Below, piece by piece: positions 41,548 to 51,350 of a DNA stretch of 64,000 nt. The DNA is taken from contig OZ245843.1 in assembly GCA_965228875.1 (NCBI GenBank), positions 4,322,616-4,386,615 on the forward strand. Reading direction: 5' to 3'. Each line of letters starts with the position of its first letter. Position 1 is the stretch's first letter. The notes below the pieces were generated by a model. The model was not told where the DNA came from. It ran no database searches and saw nothing but the letters and a program-made list of their open reading frames with translations. Both the position numbers and the translations under genes were made by a program. Source of the stretch: Thalassobaculaceae bacterium (lineage in GTDB: Bacteria; Pseudomonadota; Alphaproteobacteria; Thalassobaculales; Thalassobaculaceae).

Positions 41548-42195
41548 ATGACCGCAAAACTGCCTTACATGGTATCACTCGGCGTTATCCCGAAGATCCT
41601 TGAGAAAGTACAGAATGCGCGTAGACCGGAACGGTTCACGCAGGATTTTCTGGAGACAAAGCTCGGACATAGCGGTGGCAGTGCTCGGGCGATTATTCCA
41701 TTGCTAAAGCGGATGGGGTTTATCGGATCTGATGGTGTGCCAACGGCACTCTATGACCAGTTTCGTAACACGGAAACTCAAGGCGCAGCAGTCGCGCAGG
41801 GAATGAGAAATGCCTTCAATGAGCTATTTGAGCGCAACGAGTATGTGTATGAAATGAACCGAGATAAGCTTGTCGGTCAAGTCGTCGAGATAACCGGTGC
41901 GGCAAAAGATGATCGGACCACGCAGGCTATCGTAGGCACCTTCCTAGCACTCAAAGAACTGGCCGATTTTGAAGCAGAATTCGAACCTCGACAGAAGTCC
42001 ACCGATCCAGAGACAGGAGACGACACGCAACTTTCGGTTCCGTCTCAGCAATCGGATCGACGGCAACCCTTGGAGACGGAAGGGGTCGAGCTTCGCGTGG
42101 GATACACGATTAACCTCAACCTACCTGAAACGAGCGACCCGGAGGTCTTCAATGCGATCTTCCGCGCTCTTCGGGAAAACCTTCTGAAGAACTGA
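41548..42195 (+). CDS. DUF5343-like protein
   Basis: LPY...P-x-RFTQDFL...LG...AR...LKRMGFI...G-x-PT..Y pattern; C-terminal YTINLNLP. Confidence 0.7.
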   Translation: MTAKLPYMVSLGVIPKILEKVQNARRPERFTQDFLETKLGHSGGSARAIIPLLKRMGFIGSDGVPTALYDQFRNTETQGAAVAQGMRNAFNELFERNEYVYEMNRDKLVGQVVEITGAAKDDRTTQAIVGTFLALKELADFEAEFEPRQKSTDPETGDDTQLSVPSQQSDRRQPLETEGVELRVGYTINLNLPETSDPEVFNAIFRALRENLLKN

Positions 42196-42776
42196 TGCGC
42201 CCAGAAGAAGCGATCAAGCTGTTTGGCCTCAACAACCTCACTATTGAGTCTGATATTCGCCGGATAGAGCGAGAGCACGACATCGATCTAGGTCATAGGC
42301 GAGACACAGAGAGACGAATTGATCAGACCTATTACCCTCAGTTTGCGGAGCGCTTGCGGGTTGAGGCGGCGCAAATGTCCACGAACTATGCAATTTTCTA
42401 CTGCCTTGAGAACACTATTCGTGAACTAATCGCTCAGCGATTAGAGGAAGAGCATGGCCCAGACTGGTGGAATAAAGCTGTCCCCGAAGCTGTCAGGAAG
42501 AATGCTGATGTGAATCGCAAGAAAGAAATCGCTTCTGGAGTCACGCCGCGCTCGGCAGATCCGATAGACTTCACCAACTTTGGCGAGCTTGGCGAGATCA
42601 TAAAGTCGAATTGGAACATTTTTGGGGACATGTTCCGCGACGTCAGAGCCGTCGAAAAAGTGCTGGCTACTCTCAATACGCTCCGCGCACCTATTGCGCA
42701 TTGCAAGTCACTGGCTGAAGACGAAGAAATGCGGTTGCATCTGGGGCTTCGCGACTGGTTTCGGCAGATGGAGTGA
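42195..42776 (+). CDS. Swt1-like HEPN domain protein (predicted RNase)
   Basis: LENTIRELI, WW, FGEL...NW..F, RAPIAH (Rx4H); TGATG coupling to the upstream gene. Confidence 0.78.
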   Translation: MRPEEAIKLFGLNNLTIESDIRRIEREHDIDLGHRRDTERRIDQTYYPQFAERLRVEAAQMSTNYAIFYCLENTIRELIAQRLEEEHGPDWWNKAVPEAVRKNADVNRKKEIASGVTPRSADPIDFTNFGELGEIIKSNWNIFGDMFRDVRAVEKVLATLNTLRAPIAHCKSLAEDEEMRLHLGLRDWFRQME

Positions 42777-42917
42777 TATGATCATGCTCTCTCTGGGGCA
42801 ATCGGTCCAAGCGCACTCACCGACATGGCGACCGGTACCATATCTAGCGCCTTCTGAACTCTATGCCATCGATATGTACCCCATTGGCACCCAACAAGGT
42901 CATGCTGAATGCACCGT

Positions 42918-45191
42918 TCAACAGTTCTGAAATTTCCGATCCCGATATCGTCGCCATAAGCCCATCGTCCGATTGTTGCGCGACCAGCGCCGTGGCCTTT
43001 CTGCCGTGCGGCTTTCCATGTGCTTGTCCTCTGACCAGAAGGTGTTTGACCCGGTCCGGTCGTAGACCTGAGACACGAACGCAACCGGCTCGCCCTCCAC
43101 CTCCGCGAACGCGACCCCATCGAACAGTGAGGCGGTTATAGTCGGGTTGCCCGTCCCGTCGAGAAGCAGGAGCGGAATATCATCTGGTATCGACGGCTCG
43201 GCTACCATGTTCACGAAAGCCGCATCAAAGCCCGCGTGATATCGAACGCGGGTCGCCTCATCTCTTGTCGGGTGTGCCTCAAGCTCCTGAACGAGAACAT
43301 CGCGTAGGGCGCCCAGGTCACGCGCATACCGTAGGTCGAGCTTCCGAGCAGCCTTGTTCAAAGTGCCGTCCGACGCTCCGGGGGTGCAGACACCGCGCCC
43401 GTGGTCGAACTCCACTTCCTTCAGCGTATCCGATCCGAATCCCCCATCGCGGATAGCTTTCAGGGGTGGTTCTCCCCTCCTGAGCGCCTCCGTGAGGACG
43501 TCACCAAGAGACGGGTATCCGCCCGCGAAGTGCGACCGGATCTTTTCGAGTGGCACTTGGTGCTTTCGATGCAGGCTGGGCAGAGGGCCTTCGTCGATAA
43601 TCACCAGATCCGGGTCGGGGAGGGTGTTGATTCTGGGCAATCCGAGATAGGCGTGCGGCATGACGCGCACGGTACCCTGCGCTTTGCGACGGAACTTCTG
43701 CCAGTAGGGACACCGGTCGTAGTATTGGCACTTCTCGGTGGGGCTCCGGTAGCAGGCGTTCGGGGTCACGGATATCCCGTGCTCCTCCATCTGCTTCACC
43801 ACCGCATCGTAGCGCGCGCACATCAGCACGCCGTCTTCGTCGTGGTGGCTGCGCCCACGGACCTGGATAACATCGAACTCGTCAGCCGCTAGGGCACATA
43901 TCCGTTCGACAATTTCCGCAGCAAGGTCATGGCGCGGGACGTATAGCTCCACGTTGGTCGTCGGACGCGCCTTGATATAGGCCGCAACGCGCTCTGCCGT
44001 CTGGCGGGTCTTGCCGAGGCCCATGGTCACGTTGAGGGCCAAGCGGGGAGCCTTGCCCGCCGCGAGGTCTGCGAAGAATCCGTCCAGGTGCGTCGCCAGT
44101 TCCGCTTCCGCTACAGACAGCGGCATCGGGTCGAGTTGGTAGTAGGGCTGGATATCGGGGATGAGCGCCGGGACGTTGCTTTGTGACGATGGGCGCCAAC
44201 CGTCGGCTATGTCCTGTACCCGGTAGGCGGCCTTCTCGTAGGCATCTGCGTAGGTCCATCGTGCGTCCGCAAGGTCGGTCGTCGTGGTGAACAAATCCCA
44301 GGTCGCATCGGCCAGTGCCTTCGCGTCGACCGTGGCCAGGTCGGTGCCCTTCGCTTGGATGACCCGGCACGCCTCAATGCTCTGGAGGTACAGCCACCAT
44401 TCCCGGCCATCGACAACAAGCCCTTGGGCGTCACGGATGATCTCTCTGGACGCAACGAAAGTGGTTCCACGAACACCCGTGGCGCCACTGCTGGGTCTGT
44501 TCGTATTGATCGGTGGAAAGCTGTTGGGGACGGCTACCGTGTCCGCCATGGCCTTGGTCGGATCGAGTAGCCCGGACCGCACCGTGACTGGATCAGCAAT
44601 GCCATCCTCGAATACCGGCTTCGCGACGTAGTGAGGCTGGACCGGGTTATAGAGCGCCAGATCAACTGGGTAGTTGGCGAGCCAGGTCTTCGCTTCATTC
44701 TCATCGATTGCGCGGTCGAGCCAGTACCACAGGTGCAGCCGGATACCGGGTTTCATGCCCATAGACGAAGAGAACTGCCACCAGCAATTGGCTGTGGCGA
44801 ACTCAGGCGGGAGATACGTGACGGCATGCTGCACGACAGCGAGGGCGTGCGCGTTGTAGTCAGCCCATTGCTGCGGCAGATCCAGGTCGTCAAGGTCGAT
44901 GCAGATCCATCGGCGCGGCTCGGCGCGAAAGGGGGCGTCCGGTCCGTGGATGCGCCTCACAACGGCTTGCGTTGGTGCTCCATGTTTGAGCGCGCCACGG
45001 ATCACGAAGCTATTCGGTTGCTTCTCAAAGGCGCTGAGAGCCGCTGTGAGATTGTCGAGGCTGGCTACAGGGACGGAAAGTACGTCGAAGTGCCTCGCTC
45101 GACCGTACGGTTCCGACGCAACCTCCCCGTCGATCTTCTTCCACACCTTGGTGGCTGAGGCGGTGCTACTCAGGACGGTTAGGGAGATCAA
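42918..45191 (-). CDS. Putative replication protein: AEP-like primase + SF2-helicase-like domain with a Cys cluster; possibly C-terminally truncated
   Basis: IDLDD, SSS..G..RLHLW, D...QPHY; GLGKT Walker A, IIDEG Walker B, LLDGT; four clustered Cys. Confidence 0.68.
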   Translation of the reverse strand: MISLTVLSSTASATKVWKKIDGEVASEPYGRARHFDVLSVPVASLDNLTAALSAFEKQPNSFVIRGALKHGAPTQAVVRRIHGPDAPFRAEPRRWICIDLDDLDLPQQWADYNAHALAVVQHAVTYLPPEFATANCWWQFSSSMGMKPGIRLHLWYWLDRAIDENEAKTWLANYPVDLALYNPVQPHYVAKPVFEDGIADPVTVRSGLLDPTKAMADTVAVPNSFPPINTNRPSSGATGVRGTTFVASREIIRDAQGLVVDGREWWLYLQSIEACRVIQAKGTDLATVDAKALADATWDLFTTTTDLADARWTYADAYEKAAYRVQDIADGWRPSSQSNVPALIPDIQPYYQLDPMPLSVAEAELATHLDGFFADLAAGKAPRLALNVTMGLGKTRQTAERVAAYIKARPTTNVELYVPRHDLAAEIVERICALAADEFDVIQVRGRSHHDEDGVLMCARYDAVVKQMEEHGISVTPNACYRSPTEKCQYYDRCPYWQKFRRKAQGTVRVMPHAYLGLPRINTLPDPDLVIIDEGPLPSLHRKHQVPLEKIRSHFAGGYPSLGDVLTEALRRGEPPLKAIRDGGFGSDTLKEVEFDHGRGVCTPGASDGTLNKAARKLDLRYARDLGALRDVLVQELEAHPTRDEATRVRYHAGFDAAFVNMVAEPSIPDDIPLLLLDGTGNPTITASLFDGVAFAEVEGEPVAFVSQVYDRTGSNTFWSEDKHMESRTAERPRRWSRNNRTMGLWRRYRDRKFQNC

Positions 45192-45251
45192 TGGTGTACG
45201 CTCCCGTTATTTCCATTTAGGTCAGCTCATCAGAACAATTCTGTTGGACTG

Positions 45252-45674
45252 TCAGCAGATCCTGTGGCTGCCACACGGGGAGGGTGGGACGCTACCACTG
45301 CCTGCGAACCACAGCAAAAATGCGATAATCGCGGCCCAGACAAAAAACTTCATGATTGATTCTGCGCGGTTTTCTTTGCGCACGTGCTCTTGTCGGGCTG
45401 TCTCTTTCGCGTCACGCTCCGCGCTCGCTTGTGCATCGCGATAGCGCGCTAATCGATCCCTCAATCGATCCGTATCCCAGCGGCTCGTGGATATCGTGAG
45501 CAAGGTGTCGACGTCGATACTATCGGAACCGATGGTACCTAGGTCTCTGAGCGATGACGTTTCGGGCAGTCGGCGCTGTAGCTTTTCTAGGAACTCTGCA
45601 TACAGTTTGGGTTCGTGGTCCCGGAGCCAATCAAAGAAATCGAGTGGCACGCGGCTTTTGTCGGCAGTATCCAC
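45252..45674 (-). CDS. Hypothetical protein with coiled coil and C-terminal TM helix
   Basis: 140-aa ORF; FFVWAAIIAFLLWF; start uncertain because of a G10 tract. Confidence 0.55.
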   Translation of the reverse strand: MDTADKSRVPLDFFDWLRDHEPKLYAEFLEKLQRRLPETSSLRDLGTIGSDSIDVDTLLTISTSRWDTDRLRDRLARYRDAQASAERDAKETARQEHVRKENRAESIMKFFVWAAIIAFLLWFAGSGSVPPSPCGSHRIC

Positions 45675-45680
45675 GCCCCC

Positions 45681-46263
<583 letters not shown>

Positions 46264-46556
46264 ACCGGACTGGGACGGGGGACGAGCCCCCCTTCAGAGT
46301 GCGCGGAACATATAAACTTCCCCGCCGCAGTTCAAGAACCAGATTGCGGCTGCGCGCATCGGCGGCTTGAGCCGTCTTCGGCCTGGCGTTCGCGCCTCGG
46401 GTCACGCGGCGGCCGGCCTTGCGTCGCGAGCAGCGGTATATCGTATCCGGAGCGGGGCCGGTGGCCGTGGTGCGCGATCTTTCCCCGACGCGCCGGCCTT
46501 GTTCCGGCGCCGTCGCGTCGCTACCTTCGGGGTCGATCCAACAGCGGTCCGGACCC

Positions 46557-46841
46557 ATGAACGCACTCATCTGGCTGATCACCGAGGTCGTGCAGCTGCT
46601 CACGATCGCGCTGTTCGTCTATATCGTCATCGATCTGCTGGTGAAGTTCGGCGTGCTCAACGCCTACAACCAGGTCGTCCAGTTCATCATGAACTTCCTG
46701 TCCCGCCTGTTCGAGCCGATGCTGCGGCCGATCCGCAACATCCTGCCGGACCTGGGCGGGATCGACATCTCGCCGGTGGTGCTGGTGCTCGGTCTGCAGT
46801 TCGGCGTGCGTCTGCTGCGCGACCTCGCCGGATCGTTCTGA
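46557..46841 (+). CDS. YggT family membrane protein
   Basis: EPMLRPIRNILPDLGGIDISP. Confidence 0.9.
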   Translation: MNALIWLITEVVQLLTIALFVYIVIDLLVKFGVLNAYNQVVQFIMNFLSRLFEPMLRPIRNILPDLGGIDISPVVLVLGLQFGVRLLRDLAGSF

Positions 46842-46868
46842 GCGGACGGCAGTCGGGGGCGCAGCATC

Positions 46869-47183
46869 GTGCCGTTCAGCGAGACCGCCGGTCGCCTGCA
46901 GCTCCGCGTGCGGGTGACGCCGAAGGCCTCGGCTGACCGCATCGGCGCGGTGGTGGCCGACGGCGGCGGCGAACGGTGGCTTCGGGTCGCGGTGACCGCG
47001 GTGCCGGAAGGCGGCCGCGCCAACAAGGCGGTTCTCTCCCTGCTGGCGAAGCGCTGGAAGCTGGCGAAATCGGCCCTGTCGGTGGTCCGCGGCGCCACCG
47101 AGCGGCGCAAGCTCCTGGAGATCGACGACCCGGATCCGGCGGCGCTGCGCCGCCGTCTGCTGTCGCTGATCGACGGCGGTTGA
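46869..47183 (+). CDS. DUF167 (YggU) family protein
   Basis: VRVTPKA, VTAVPEGGRAN, G.T.R.K. Confidence 0.88.
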   Translation: MPFSETAGRLQLRVRVTPKASADRIGAVVADGGGERWLRVAVTAVPEGGRANKAVLSLLAKRWKLAKSALSVVRGATERRKLLEIDDPDPAALRRRLLSLIDGG

Positions 47184-47187
47184 CCGT

Positions 47188-47925
47188 TCAGCCGATCCCG
47201 TCCAGCAGTTCCGCGACATAGGCCGGGACGATCCGCGTGGCCGGCCCGTGGCGTGCCTCGGCGAACGCGGTGACGCCGGAGGACGGTTCCAGGTTCAGTT
47301 CCACCGTATGCGCTCCGGCCACCATCCGGGCCTCCTGCACGAAGCCGGCGGCCGGATAGACGTTGCCCGACGTCCCGATCGAGACGAACAGCGCGCAGCG
47401 CGCCAGGGCGGCGTAGATCCGGTCCATCTCGTAGGGCATCTCGCCGAACCACACCACGTCGGGCCGCATGCCGCCGGCGCTGCCGCAGCGCGGACAAATC
47501 GCCTCGTCGGACAGGTTCTCCCGCCACGGGCTGCTGGCGTCGCAGATCTCGCACAGCGCTTTCAGCATCTCGCCATGCATATGGATCAGGTTGGTGGAGC
47601 CGGCCCGCTCGTGCAGGTCGTCGATGTTCTGCGTGACCAGCAGGACGGAGCCCGGCCATTCCCGCTCCAGCCGGGCGAGCGCGGCGTGGGCGGCATTGGG
47701 TTGCACGGCCGGATCAAGCAGACTCTGGCGCCGGGCATTGTAGAAGCCGTGAACCTTCTCCGGGTTCCGCGCGAAGGCCTCCGGCGTGGCCACCTCCTCG
47801 ATGCTGACCTTCGACCAGATGCCGTCGGCGTCGCGGAAGGTGTCGAGGCCGGACTCCTTGGAGATTCCTGCCCCCGTCAGGATGACGATGGAGGCGTCGC
47901 GCGTCAGGGCGTCGGGGAGCGGCAT
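47188..47925 (-). CDS. cobB: NAD-dependent protein deacylase (sirtuin)
   Basis: TGAGIS, TQNIDDLHERAG, HMHG, RPDVVWFGE, GTSG. Confidence 0.92.
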   Translation of the reverse strand: MPLPDALTRDASIVILTGAGISKESGLDTFRDADGIWSKVSIEEVATPEAFARNPEKVHGFYNARRQSLLDPAVQPNAAHAALARLEREWPGSVLLVTQNIDDLHERAGSTNLIHMHGEMLKALCEICDASSPWRENLSDEAICPRCGSAGGMRPDVVWFGEMPYEMDRIYAALARCALFVSIGTSGNVYPAAGFVQEARMVAGAHTVELNLEPSSGVTAFAEARHGPATRIVPAYVAELLDGIG

Positions 47926-47958
47926 CGACGGATCCACGGGGGTTGCGGAACGGGAACC

Positions 47959-48576
47959 CTAGCAGACGTTGTCCGCATCCTCCGAGTCCCCGCCTGAGCG
48001 GTCGCGCGCCCAGCCGGTGCTGTCCTCGTCGGGCAGGGTCTCCAGGGCGAAGCGGTGCTCCGGCTGGTAGCGCGGCCCGTCGGCACGCGGCCGGCTCTGG
48101 AACAGGGTGACGGCGGCCACCGTGAACGGGGGGATCCCGACCGGGGGTGCCGTCTCCAGCCAGCGGCCGACCCGTTCGGTCTCGATGCTTCTGGGCAGGC
48201 GGGCGAGGGTGATGTGCGGGGTGAAACGCCGGGGCTCGGGCGGCAGGCCGCACCCGCGCACCAGGCTCTCCACCCGGCGCTGAAGGGCGATCAGGTCCGG
48301 CGTCGCCTCAACGGTCACGTACAAGACCGCGGGCTTGCCGCGCCGCTCGAAATGGCCGTAGCCGCGCGGGCTGACGGTGACCGCCGGGCCGTCCAGCAAC
48401 TCGAGCGCATCCAAGAGATCCGCCTCGGTGGTCGGATCCACCTCACCGATGAAACGCAGGGTGAGGTGGAAATCGTCGATGTCGTGCCAGCACGCCTCGT
48501 GCAACCCGGTCTGCAGGTCGCCGAGCGCGTCCTTGACGACTTCGGGCAGGTCGAGGGCGACGAACAGACGGGCCAT
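47959..48576 (-). CDS. thpR: RNA 2',3'-cyclic phosphodiesterase
   Basis: RLFVAL, HLTLRFIG, FTPHITLAR. Confidence 0.88.
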   Translation of the reverse strand: MARLFVALDLPEVVKDALGDLQTGLHEACWHDIDDFHLTLRFIGEVDPTTEADLLDALELLDGPAVTVSPRGYGHFERRGKPAVLYVTVEATPDLIALQRRVESLVRGCGLPPEPRRFTPHITLARLPRSIETERVGRWLETAPPVGIPPFTVAAVTLFQSRPRADGPRYQPEHRFALETLPDEDSTGWARDRSGGDSEDADNVC

Positions 48577-48608
48577 CGGCCGAGCTTAGACCATCCGGGC
48601 GCGCGAGA

Positions 48609-49652
48609 TCAGGGGCCGGGGTTGGAGATCCGCCGCTGCACGCCCTCGATTGCTTCCAGCACACCTTCGGACAGGGTGACGTCCAGGCTGGCTATGTTGG
48701 CTTCCAGCTGCTCCAGCGTGGTCGCGCCGATGATGTTGGCGGTGGTGAAGCGCCGGGTGTTGACGTAGGCGAGGGCCATCTGCGCCGGGTCGAGGCCGTT
48801 GTCGCGGGCGATCTGGATGTAGTCCGCGTTGGCGGCCTGGGCGGCTTCGTTCGAGTAGCGGCTGAAATTGTCGGGGAACAGGGTCATGCGCGCCCCCTCG
48901 GGCTTCGCCCCGCCCTGGTACTTGCCGGTGAGCCAGCCCGAGGCCAGCGGCGAGTAGGCGAGCAGGCCGATATCCTCGCGGATCGCCACCTCGGCGCAGC
49001 CGACCTCGAAGGAACGGTTCAGCAGGCTGTAGGGGTTCTGCACCGAGGCGACGCGCGGCAGGCCCTGCTCGTCGGCGATGCGCGCGAACGTCATCATGCC
49101 CCACGGCGTCTCGTTGGACAGGCCGATATGGCGGATCTTGCCGGCCTTCACCAGGGTGTCGAGGGTGAAGAGCTGCTCGGCGATCGGCGTGGTGACCTCG
49201 TCGTCGTCATGGACGTAGCCGAGCTTGCCGAAGGAGTTCACCGACCGCTCGGGCCAGTGCAACTGATAGAGGTCGATATAGTCGGTCCGCAGCCGCGTCA
49301 GACTGTCGTCCACCGCCTTCGTCAGGTTCTTGGCGTCGAATTTCGGGGAGCCGTCGCGCACGTGCTTGAAGCGTTCGCCCGGGCCGACCGCCTTGGTCGC
49401 CAGGATCACCCTGTCGCGGTTCCCGCGGGCGGCGAACCAGGTGCCGATGATCTCCTCGGTCCGGCCGTAGGTCTCCGGCTTCGGCGGTACCGAGTACATC
49501 TCGGCGGTGTCGAAGAAGTTGATGCCCCGCTCCAGCGCCAGGTCCATCTGGGCATGGCCCTCGGCCTCGGTGTTCTGCTGGCCGTAGGTCATGGTGCCGA
49601 GGCAGATCAGGCTGACGTCGAGGCCGGTCCGGCCGAGCGGTCGGTACTGCAT
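48609..49652 (-). CDS. Aldo/keto reductase (Tas-like)
   Basis: LGTMTYG, DTAEMY, YQLHWP, LSNETPWG, YSPL. Confidence 0.9.
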   Translation of the reverse strand: MQYRPLGRTGLDVSLICLGTMTYGQQNTEAEGHAQMDLALERGINFFDTAEMYSVPPKPETYGRTEEIIGTWFAARGNRDRVILATKAVGPGERFKHVRDGSPKFDAKNLTKAVDDSLTRLRTDYIDLYQLHWPERSVNSFGKLGYVHDDDEVTTPIAEQLFTLDTLVKAGKIRHIGLSNETPWGMMTFARIADEQGLPRVASVQNPYSLLNRSFEVGCAEVAIREDIGLLAYSPLASGWLTGKYQGGAKPEGARMTLFPDNFSRYSNEAAQAANADYIQIARDNGLDPAQMALAYVNTRRFTTANIIGATTLEQLEANIASLDVTLSEGVLEAIEGVQRRISNPGP

Positions 49653-49781
49653 GCGCTGGGGCTCCCTGGGGGTCGCGAATGAATGAGGGTGGGTGATATC
49701 CGACACGCGTGCGGGCGGCAACCGGGCGGGCCCGTTGAATGGGCCGTGACAACCGTTGCGGTTCCCCCTAACCTCCGTTCC

Positions 49782-49862
49782 ATGACCCACGCGTTCGCCG
49801 GCTTCTGGTTTTTCTTTTATGGCTATCCGCAGCCGGCGGAGGCGGGGGTGCGCGCGACCTAG
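49782..49862 (+). CDS. Aromatic amino acid attenuator leader peptide MTHAFAGFWFFFYGYPQPAEAGVRAT
   Basis: Translated by hand; 5 Phe, 1 Trp and 2 Tyr within 11 codons; lies upstream of a terminator and the DAHP synthase. Confidence 0.8.
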   Translation: MTHAFAGFWFFFYGYPQPAEAGVRAT

Positions 49863-49891
49863 AGACAGAGACAGCGCAGCAAACTTCCCGC

Positions 49892-49920
49892 AAGCCGCCG
49901 GCCCTCTCCGGCGGCTTTTT
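49892..49920 (+). terminator. Attenuator terminator hairpin
   Basis: AAGCCGCCGG-CCCTCT-CCGGCGGCTT-TTT. Confidence 0.8.
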
Positions 49921-49957
49921 GATGTCGCCGGCGGGCCTCCACCAGGAGGATCCTCCA

Positions 49958-51067
49958 ATGACCATCGCGACCAGACCCGAGACGCAACCTGCCCTTACCG
50001 CCGTCTCCCTGCCGGGAGACGACACCGACGACCTGCGCATCGCCGCGCTCACGCCGTTGACGCCGCCCGAGGACATACTCGCCGAACTGCCGCGCACCCG
50101 TCGGGTCGGCGAGACCGTGACGGGCGCGCGCACCGCCATCCGCGATGTTCTGAAAGGCCGGGATGACCGGCTGGTCGTGGTGATCGGCCCGTGCTCGGTG
50201 CACGACCCGGAGGCCGCCTTCGACTACGCCGAACTGCTGGCCGATCAGCGCCGGCGCCATCGTGGGACGCTGGAGATCGTGATGCGGGTCTATTTCGAGA
50301 AGCCGCGGACCACGGTCGGCTGGAAGGGGCTGATCAACGATCCGCACCTGGACGGCAGTTTCGAGATCGAGACCGGGCTGCGCCGGGCGCGCCGGCTCCT
50401 GCTGGCGATCAACGCCCTCGGCCTGCCGGCGGGCTGCGAGTTCCTGGACACCACCACGCCGCAGTATTTCGCGGACCTGGTGTCCTGGGGGGCGATCGGC
50501 GCGCGCACGACCGAGAGTCAGATCCACCGCGAACTGGCCTCCGGCCTGTCCTGTCCGGTCGGGTTCAAGAACGGGACCGATGGCGGTGTCGACATCGCGC
50601 TCGACGCGGTGCAGGCGGCCGCCCAGCCGCATCATTTCCTCGCCGTCACCAAGCAGGGCCGGGCCGCCGTCGCGGCCACCACGGGCAATCGGGACTGCCA
50701 CGTCATCCTGCGCGGCGGCCGTCGGGGTCCGAACTTCGACGCCGACAGCGTGGCGGAAACCTGCGCCAGGGCCGAGGGGGCCGGCGTGCGGCCGGCGGTG
50801 ATGATCGATGCCAGCCACGCCAACAGCGCCAAGAAGCCGGAGAACCAGCCACGGGTGATCGACGACGTCGCCGGCCAGATCGCCGACGGCGACCGGCGGA
50901 TCATGGGGGTGATGGTCGAAAGCTTCCTGCTGGCCGGACGTCAGGACCTGGTGCCCGGTCAGGCACCCGCCTATGGCCGCAGCATCACCGACGGCTGCAT
51001 CGACTGGGACACCAGCGTGGCCCTGCTCGACCACCTGGCCGAGGCGGTGGAGCGGCGGCGGGGGTGA
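49958..51067 (+). CDS. 3-deoxy-7-phosphoheptulonate (DAHP) synthase, class I-alpha (AroF/G/H type)
   Basis: GPCSVHD, RVYFEKPRT, IGARTTESQ, SHANS, SITDGC; AGGAGG RBS. Confidence 0.95.
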   Translation: MTIATRPETQPALTAVSLPGDDTDDLRIAALTPLTPPEDILAELPRTRRVGETVTGARTAIRDVLKGRDDRLVVVIGPCSVHDPEAAFDYAELLADQRRRHRGTLEIVMRVYFEKPRTTVGWKGLINDPHLDGSFEIETGLRRARRLLLAINALGLPAGCEFLDTTTPQYFADLVSWGAIGARTTESQIHRELASGLSCPVGFKNGTDGGVDIALDAVQAAAQPHHFLAVTKQGRAAVAATTGNRDCHVILRGGRRGPNFDADSVAETCARAEGAGVRPAVMIDASHANSAKKPENQPRVIDDVAGQIADGDRRIMGVMVESFLLAGRQDLVPGQAPAYGRSITDGCIDWDTSVALLDHLAEAVERRRG

Positions 51068-51330
51068 TCGGTGTGCCCAACTTCGGTTTTCCGGAGCCTT
51101 GCAGAGGCATCCGGGACCCGGGGGTAACGATCCGGAGCGCGTCCCCCTGGGTCCCGGCTCAGGGCCGGGGAGTCGTTGGGAGGACCGGGCCGCGTTGCGT
51201 TTTCTCGAACCGGCTGCGGCGGGGGTGATCGGTGTGCCCAACTTCGATTTCCCGGAGCCTCGCAGAGGCATCCGGGACCCAGGGGTAACGTTCCTGAGCG
51301 CGTCATCCTGGGGCCCGGCTCGAGGCCGGG
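51055..51330. repeat. Tandem pair of ~115-bp palindromic REP-like units
   Basis: 51055-51169 and 51216-51330 (offset 161); internal CCGGGACCC...GGGTCCCGG hairpin; between convergent genes. Confidence 0.8.
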
Positions 51331-51350
51331 AAATCGGACAGGGAAAGGCG

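Noticed and set aside
43004..43015. 12-bp match (CCGTGCGGCTTT) between the end of the replication gene and the repeat arm
   Set aside because: A 12-mer match within 7 kb can occur by chance; insufficient to call a recombination scar.
42782..43120. Frameshifted continuation of the primase-helicase
   Set aside because: The alternative frames read by hand show no helicase motifs and stop within about 60-80 codons.
51055..51330. CRISPR array
   Set aside because: Only two long diverged units, no repeat-spacer periodicity and no cas genes in the window.
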